This document shows, piece by piece, positions 16,753 through 21,678 of a DNA stretch of 21,678 nucleotides. Below the pieces are notes generated by a model. It searched no databases and was not told the origin of the DNA. It worked only from the letters and a program-made list of their open reading frames with translations. Where the stretch lies: the UHGV virus genome UHGV-0168745, one strand, 5' to 3'. Each line of letters opens with the position of its first letter. The stretch's first letter is position 1. The stretch comes from a virus. A program made the translations under genes and the position numbers.

Positions 16753-18861
16753 ATGATATTGCGAGAATCGGATTGGCGTTATTATCCGGGCGCGATTGTG
16801 GACGATAAAACCACGAACAAATCGTTTATCAAGTTTGCCAATATCCTAAAAAAGTTAGGCGTAAAACACTGGTATATCCACCTCGCGTTACATAACCCTT
16901 TACTGCAAGGGGTCGATCCTTTTGACGAAAACCTAACGGATGAACAGAAGGCGTACATCACTATCGAGTGCGCCGAAAACCCCTGGTACTGGTTTAGAGA
17001 ATGTGTCAGGGTACCTGCGGACGGTATGAAATACGGTTCCCCGTTCCGTATCGACCGTGGTAACTTTTCAATGTATTGGATTTTCTTCAACAACATTGAC
17101 GCCGCAGTCGAGTTCCTACGTCAGCACGGTAAAACCGTCGGGATGAGTGGGTTACTGTTATGGTTAATCCGGTTTCTGGAAAACTCCCGTACGATTCTTA
17201 TCACAAAAGGCCCAGCCCTGCGTGAAGAAACCATTAACAAACTCAAACAGTTACGTAATGGTCTACCGCCGTATCTGTGGCCTGCACATCCCGATGACCC
17301 AGATAACCGTGAAACGTTTGCCTGCTTAGCGCAGGGTAATAAACTGATTACCGGTATCGGCCAAAACGACCCAGAATCTGCTAACGGTATCGGTCGTGGA
17401 CTGACCGCAGGACGTCTGTTCTCGGACGAAGGCCCCTTTACCAAAAATATCCATCACATCCTACCTGCTGCACTTGCATCAGGTACAGCAGCGCGTTTGA
17501 TTAACGAATCTGAAGGGGTTCCTTACGGTAACGTATTTGCAACAACACCTGGCGACTTAGCCACGGAAGAAGGCAAATACATGTACGAGCTGATGACGTC
17601 AGGGATTATGTGGGATGAACGTTACATTGATATCCCAACACGTAAACAGCTGATTGAGATTATTCGCTCGAACTCAACAGCAGAAGTCCCACGTATCATG
17701 TTCTACGTGAAATACAACCACCGTCAGCTCGGTACCACTGATGAACAGTTGGCAGCAATGATTGCGAACGCCAAAGGTACGCCTGATCAGATCCGTCGTG
17801 ACTTCGGGGGTGAATGGACAACCGGTGGTCTGAACAAGCCGTATTCGGTGGAAGATGCAGATCGTATGAATGCATCCCGTATGCGTGCCGTGTTTAAAGA
17901 TATTTCACCACAAAACTATGTTACCGACTGGTACTACACCGAAGCGGAAATGATGACGAAGCTCAAAGACCGTCACGTCATCGGCCTGGACACTTCCGAA
18001 GCGGTAGGTCGAGACGCGATCGCGATGTCCATCGTCAACGCCGTCACTGCGGAGTACGCCGGTAAGTTAACCGTTAACGAATCCAACGTTATCTCGTTCG
18101 CGATTCATTTAGCGGATTTTATGGTGCGATATCCTAACACGGTACTGATCCTGGAACGACGTTCTACGGGCTCGTCTGTGGCTGATGCAATTATCTTACA
18201 GCTTCAGAGTCGAGTGACAGATTTACATCGTAGATTGTTTGTGCGAATCACTCAGGACTACTCACGAACGGACGATCTCTACAAAGAGTATCACCGTGGC
18301 CCTATTGGTAGTGCCGAGAAGTTCTGGAACAAATTCCGCAAATACATCGGTTTCTCTACTGACCAGGAAAAACGTCGTAAACTGTACGGTGAGGTATTCA
18401 CTACAGCGTTGCGCTTATCCGCGGACAAACTCCGTTGCGGAGAACTCATCGACCAAATACTTAACCTCGTGGAGAAAAATGGTCGTATTGACCACAAAGC
18501 TTCAGGTCACGATGACCTCGTGATTTCTTGGTTACTTGCAATGTGGTTATTGCTGTTTGGGAATAACTTAGGGCATTACGAAATCAACAACAGTCGTTTG
18601 ATGATGCGTAATAGAAACTTAGCGGAGAATCGAGAAGGGGTGGATGAAGAGTTACAGCTCGAGGAGGAAGCGCGACAGCAGGAACTGATGGGGGAAATTG
18701 AGCGTCTTGTACGAACCACCAACGGGTTATTAGACCCGATTCAAGCAATGGCTGCTCGTAACCGTCTCCAGTCCCTCATTGCTCAACTTAACACTGATAC
18801 ACAAAACGTGGCGTCAATGGAAAGCTTGAGAGAGCTTATCCAGCGTCAGAGGATGAAGTGA
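16753..18861 (+). CDS. terL: terminase large subunit (T4 gp17-type ATPase/nuclease), 702 aa
   Basis: Deviant Walker A FLRQHGKT (residues about 121-128) resembles T4 gp17 SRQLGKT; C-terminal GHDDLVISWLLA resembles the T4 gp17 nuclease-domain motif (recalled as GYHDDLVMSLVIF). Extra C-terminal coiled-coil-like segment (EELQLEEEARQQELMGEIERL). Confidence 0.8.
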   Translation: MILRESDWRYYPGAIVDDKTTNKSFIKFANILKKLGVKHWYIHLALHNPLLQGVDPFDENLTDEQKAYITIECAENPWYWFRECVRVPADGMKYGSPFRIDRGNFSMYWIFFNNIDAAVEFLRQHGKTVGMSGLLLWLIRFLENSRTILITKGPALREETINKLKQLRNGLPPYLWPAHPDDPDNRETFACLAQGNKLITGIGQNDPESANGIGRGLTAGRLFSDEGPFTKNIHHILPAALASGTAARLINESEGVPYGNVFATTPGDLATEEGKYMYELMTSGIMWDERYIDIPTRKQLIEIIRSNSTAEVPRIMFYVKYNHRQLGTTDEQLAAMIANAKGTPDQIRRDFGGEWTTGGLNKPYSVEDADRMNASRMRAVFKDISPQNYVTDWYYTEAEMMTKLKDRHVIGLDTSEAVGRDAIAMSIVNAVTAEYAGKLTVNESNVISFAIHLADFMVRYPNTVLILERRSTGSSVADAIILQLQSRVTDLHRRLFVRITQDYSRTDDLYKEYHRGPIGSAEKFWNKFRKYIGFSTDQEKRRKLYGEVFTTALRLSADKLRCGELIDQILNLVEKNGRIDHKASGHDDLVISWLLAMWLLLFGNNLGHYEINNSRLMMRNRNLAENREGVDEELQLEEEARQQELMGEIERLVRTTNGLLDPIQAMAARNRLQSLIAQLNTDTQNVASMESLRELIQRQRMK

Positions 18862-19097
18862 TGGCTCCAATTTACTATTTGCTCGTGTTCTTTTCGTGGA
18901 TCGCGACGTATAAAATGATCCGAGAGAGTTACCAAGCGATAAAGGACTACGGTCGAACGCAAGGAATTCCTTTACGAAAAACACGATACGCGCAAGCATT
19001 GGCAGTATTTGGACTCATGATTGCGGGGACGTCAACCACGTACGCGCTAAACATGGTCTACTCGATACACCTCCTGGTAATGTCCGGGGCCCATTGA
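18861..19097 (+). CDS. small membrane protein, 78 aa, two predicted transmembrane segments; start overlaps terminase stop (TGATG)
   Basis: ATG 18861 overlaps the terL stop TGA 18859-18861; GAGGA 7 nt upstream; hydrophobic stretches PIYYLLVFFSWIATY and ALAVFGLMIAGTSTTYALNMVYSIHLLVM separated by a charged loop. Confidence 0.4.
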   Translation: MAPIYYLLVFFSWIATYKMIRESYQAIKDYGRTQGIPLRKTRYAQALAVFGLMIAGTSTTYALNMVYSIHLLVMSGAH

Positions 19098-19114
19098 AAT
19101 CTGTTAAACTAAAC

Positions 19115-19157
19115 TAGCCAGTAACCCGTTCGGGTTACTGGCTAACTCTTATTTTTT
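19115..19157. terminator. intrinsic terminator between convergent genes (13-bp stem TAGCCAGTAACCC / GGGTTACTGGCTA, loop gttc, then CTTATTTTTTATTT)
   Basis: Perfect inverted repeat 19115-19127 / 19132-19144; T-rich tract on + strand overlaps the stop codon of the - strand gene. Confidence 0.55.
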
Positions 19158-20532
19158 ATTTCTGCAACGAACGAATCAAGAAATACAACAGCAGCGCATT
19201 GCGTAATGCGGCTAATGCCGATTCGTGTCGGATATGAGTTTCTTTTGCTGCGAGTTTTTCAATTCGTGAGCGTAAAGATAACACATACGGGTTCGGCGAT
19301 TTAGACGCCTGATACAACGCACGCATACGCTGTAATACCGTTACCGCATCGTTAAAGTTAATGCGGTTAGTGACGATTTCATCGAACGCATGAGACAACG
19401 TGTCTTCCATGATGCTGTTGATTTCATCACGTTTCTTACCAATCGGTAATCCTGCGATGTACGCCAGGAGCGTTTTAAGGGCAGCGGGTGATGCTTTAGG
19501 CACCATCTCCAACACCACACGGGCCAGTTCCTCTTTGTACAGATTGTTAATGTCGTAAGACGCATCAAACAAATTCTGTTTTGCGATTTCCAACGCGCCG
19601 ACCTTGTCACGAATCACAGACTGACCGTCTAACTCGATACGCGCAGATTGGCTCACCACACGGGCGTTCTCACGGCGTACGCGGTCGAGCACCGCGTAAT
19701 AGTCCTTCACAGTTTGTTTGGTACGTGTGTTCAAATCCGTGATATAACGCAGAACCAGATCGGGGGTATCAAAACGTTTTACCGCGTCGTAGTTCGGGTA
19801 TTCCGGGGAACAGAAATAGGTTGAGCGTTCTGCCATATGCAGACCCCAGTTCCCCAAACGCCGAATATCGAACTTCATCGACAACATTGAATACGCAGCT
19901 TCTGCGGCAGGTAGGTCAACCGGTTTCGGAAAGAAGTGATAGTAGATACTCGAGTAGAATTTAAACTGGAGTATCGTCACTAAGTCAATTGCTGCGGCGT
20001 GGATTTCTTTGTCGCCAAACTTCGGAATCATCAGATGCAGTAAATACACAATCGTGAGGTTGTAGGTGTCCCCAGCAACCTGCCAATCGGTATTAATCGA
20101 CTGAGATTCTTTAATCAGTTCTGACAGATAGTCTTCGTCAACGTTGATAACTTCGTCGAACAGACGATTACGGTCGGAATCGAAAAAACGAATGCTCTGA
20201 ACCCCGAGTAAGTTAGACCCTAACCATTCCACGTTCCCTTCTCGGGAAAGCACGCCACTCACATAGTGGCGAATTTTAGAGGCCAGTTTTCGGTCTACGG
20301 TGACACGATTAAATACGCTGTCGAACGCTTTACGTAGGCTGTCGTCACGACGGGATTCGTGCGCAACACCCAGCCCCATCGGGACGTAACCGCCGAAGCC
20401 ATAATCGTAATACAAACCAGGGTTGTGGGATTCGGTATCGAAGAACGGATCACGGCCGAACGATTCCTGAGCGACCCGCGTTCCGGCTTTCTGGTAGCAG
20501 CCGGATGTAAAATCATAAACCAGTTCAGCCAT
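19156..20532 (-). CDS. hypothetical protein, 458 aa
   Basis: Long - strand ORF with GAGG 5-9 nt upstream of ATG; no catalytic motif recognised. Confidence 0.6.
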   Translation of the reverse strand: MAELVYDFTSGCYQKAGTRVAQESFGRDPFFDTESHNPGLYYDYGFGGYVPMGLGVAHESRRDDSLRKAFDSVFNRVTVDRKLASKIRHYVSGVLSREGNVEWLGSNLLGVQSIRFFDSDRNRLFDEVINVDEDYLSELIKESQSINTDWQVAGDTYNLTIVYLLHLMIPKFGDKEIHAAAIDLVTILQFKFYSSIYYHFFPKPVDLPAAEAAYSMLSMKFDIRRLGNWGLHMAERSTYFCSPEYPNYDAVKRFDTPDLVLRYITDLNTRTKQTVKDYYAVLDRVRRENARVVSQSARIELDGQSVIRDKVGALEIAKQNLFDASYDINNLYKEELARVVLEMVPKASPAALKTLLAYIAGLPIGKKRDEINSIMEDTLSHAFDEIVTNRINFNDAVTVLQRMRALYQASKSPNPYVLSLRSRIEKLAAKETHIRHESALAALRNALLLYFLIRSLQK

Positions 20533-20605
20533 TAGTGAACCTCGAAATAATTACGGATAGATATTATCCTAGTGAGAGTCTTATTCTACCTAAAGGAGTT
20601 TTAAA
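20533..20605. promoter_or_regulatory. 73-bp divergent intergenic region (putative divergent promoters/operator)
   Basis: Between divergent starts 20532 (-) and 20606 (+); contains inverted repeat GGATA-gatat-TATCC (20553-20567), direct repeat TAGTGA x2 (20533-20538, 20568-20573) and extended Shine-Dalgarno ACCTAAAGGAG (20588-20598). Confidence 0.3.
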
Positions 20606-21629
20606 ATGAGAAATTACTTACGTAAACCCGCTTGGCACAGAATGCTGCGTGAGGGCACCATCGACCGCAATCAAAACGTCAAGATGTGGGTACTCCCACA
20701 TGGCGTGATTTGCGATTTAGTTCGCGTCGGTGGTATGGACATCCTGCGTAACGGAACTTACGATGCTGTCAACTCGTTTCTTGCTCGAGAGCTGGCAGAA
20801 GCCGGGTTACACGGAGAGATTCTGTTTTACACTACCCGTGTGATTCCACAAACCCTGTCGAAATGGTTAACATACTGGTTATCCAGTGACCCCGACGCGT
20901 CAGACCCCGAACTGAGTTCGGTGACGATTACGACACTGGGGCAATACCCCACTAAACCGTTACCGTTCCAGGTCAACGTGGTAGAACCGTTAATCGTGAG
21001 AGCTGGGGATGTGTTTGACATGATCAAAGTCAAATCCAGAAACCAAGCGGTGTCGCAATTCCTCATCGAAACGGAAAACGACGTGTTTCGATTGGAGCCG
21101 GTACGCAAGACAGACGCCACGCTACTGGCGGTTACCGATTACGGGATTGTCTGTCGTTCCGCAGAAGGTCACACGTTCCTGTGCACGATTTTGTCACGAC
21201 GTATCCAAGCTCAGTTAGCGCATTACAAACTGAGCTTAGAAGACATCATCGGCACCACGTTACGTATCGAATACACGATGTACACCGAAGGGAATCGACT
21301 GTGTAATTACAAGTCGCCTATCGCTTATCGCGCACTGGCGTTAGACAACCTCGGTGATTGGGTTTCAACGACATACGATGGGCCTTCGCCGTTTAAAACG
21401 ATACCGACACAACGGCCTGCATTGCTAACGGTAACGCGCTGCAACCGGGCGGAAATCTACGAAGAAAACGGGGTGATTTACGGCCTGGAACGGGAGACGG
21501 GTTTAACACTGTTTCGTTTCCGTCGTGGCCCGGAATACGGGCGTTACGCTGCTGTTTTCGAACGGGAAGGGGAACAAGAAACCTGGCTATTCGATTCGGA
21601 TTTCTCGGTTGACGTTATTGACCCTGAGG
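20606..21629 (+). CDS. hypothetical protein, 3'-partial (at least 341 aa); not in the supplied ORF track because no stop occurs before the window ends
   Basis: ATG 20606 with AAGGAG 7 nt upstream; frame translated by hand stays open to the window end and runs into adapter sequence from 21630. Confidence 0.55.
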
Positions 21630-21678
21630 CTGTCTCTTATACACATCTCCGAGCCCACGAGACCCTAAGACATCTCGT
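21630..21678 (+). other. Illumina Nextera library adapter (Tn5 mosaic end + read-2 adapter + 8-nt index + start of P7), not biological sequence
   Basis: CTGTCTCTTATACACATCT (reverse complement of the Tn5 mosaic end) followed by CCGAGCCCACGAGAC, then CCTAAGAC (index-length octamer), then ATCTCGT (start of P7 ATCTCGTATGCC...). Confidence 0.9.

Noticed and set aside
16753-18861. Possible intein in the terminase, suggested by its extra length relative to T4 gp17
   Set aside because: The excess is about 80-90 residues between the motifs plus about 45 at the C-terminus, too small for an intein, and no intein splice-junction signatures are evident.
1-21678. tRNA genes, CRISPR repeats, integrase/transposase or other mobile-element signatures
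   Set aside because: No T-loop-like GTTCGA/GGTTCRA motifs with cloverleaf context in the intergenic regions, no regularly spaced direct repeats, and no recombinase-like motifs in any ORF; intergenic regions are short apart from 5685-5827 and 7813-8023.

Overview
This window reads as a segment of a large tailed dsDNA phage genome (Caudoviricetes) with enterobacterial-style codon usage, not bacterial chromosome. It contains about 22 densely packed protein-coding genes, mostly on the + strand, with one two-gene block (8629-11565) and one single gene (19156-20532) on the - strand. The best-supported call is a T4-type large terminase (16753-18861). A 685-aa/291-aa gene pair on the - strand is tentatively a tail sheath/tube pair from gene architecture alone. 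An AT-richer accessory island (about 5066-8023) carries a HAD-type 5'(3')-deoxyribonucleotidase, an HD-domain phosphohydrolase and several small unknown ORFs, closed by two tandem intrinsic terminators; it is the best candidate for an undescribed accessory or anti-defence module. Perfect GC-rich hairpins recur in intergenic regions. The last 49 bases (21630-21678) are an Illumina Nextera adapter, so the 3' end of the window is a library artefact and the final ORF is artificially truncated. No tRNA, rRNA, CRISPR array, integrase or transposase was recognised. All product calls come from motifs read by eye; no database search was run.
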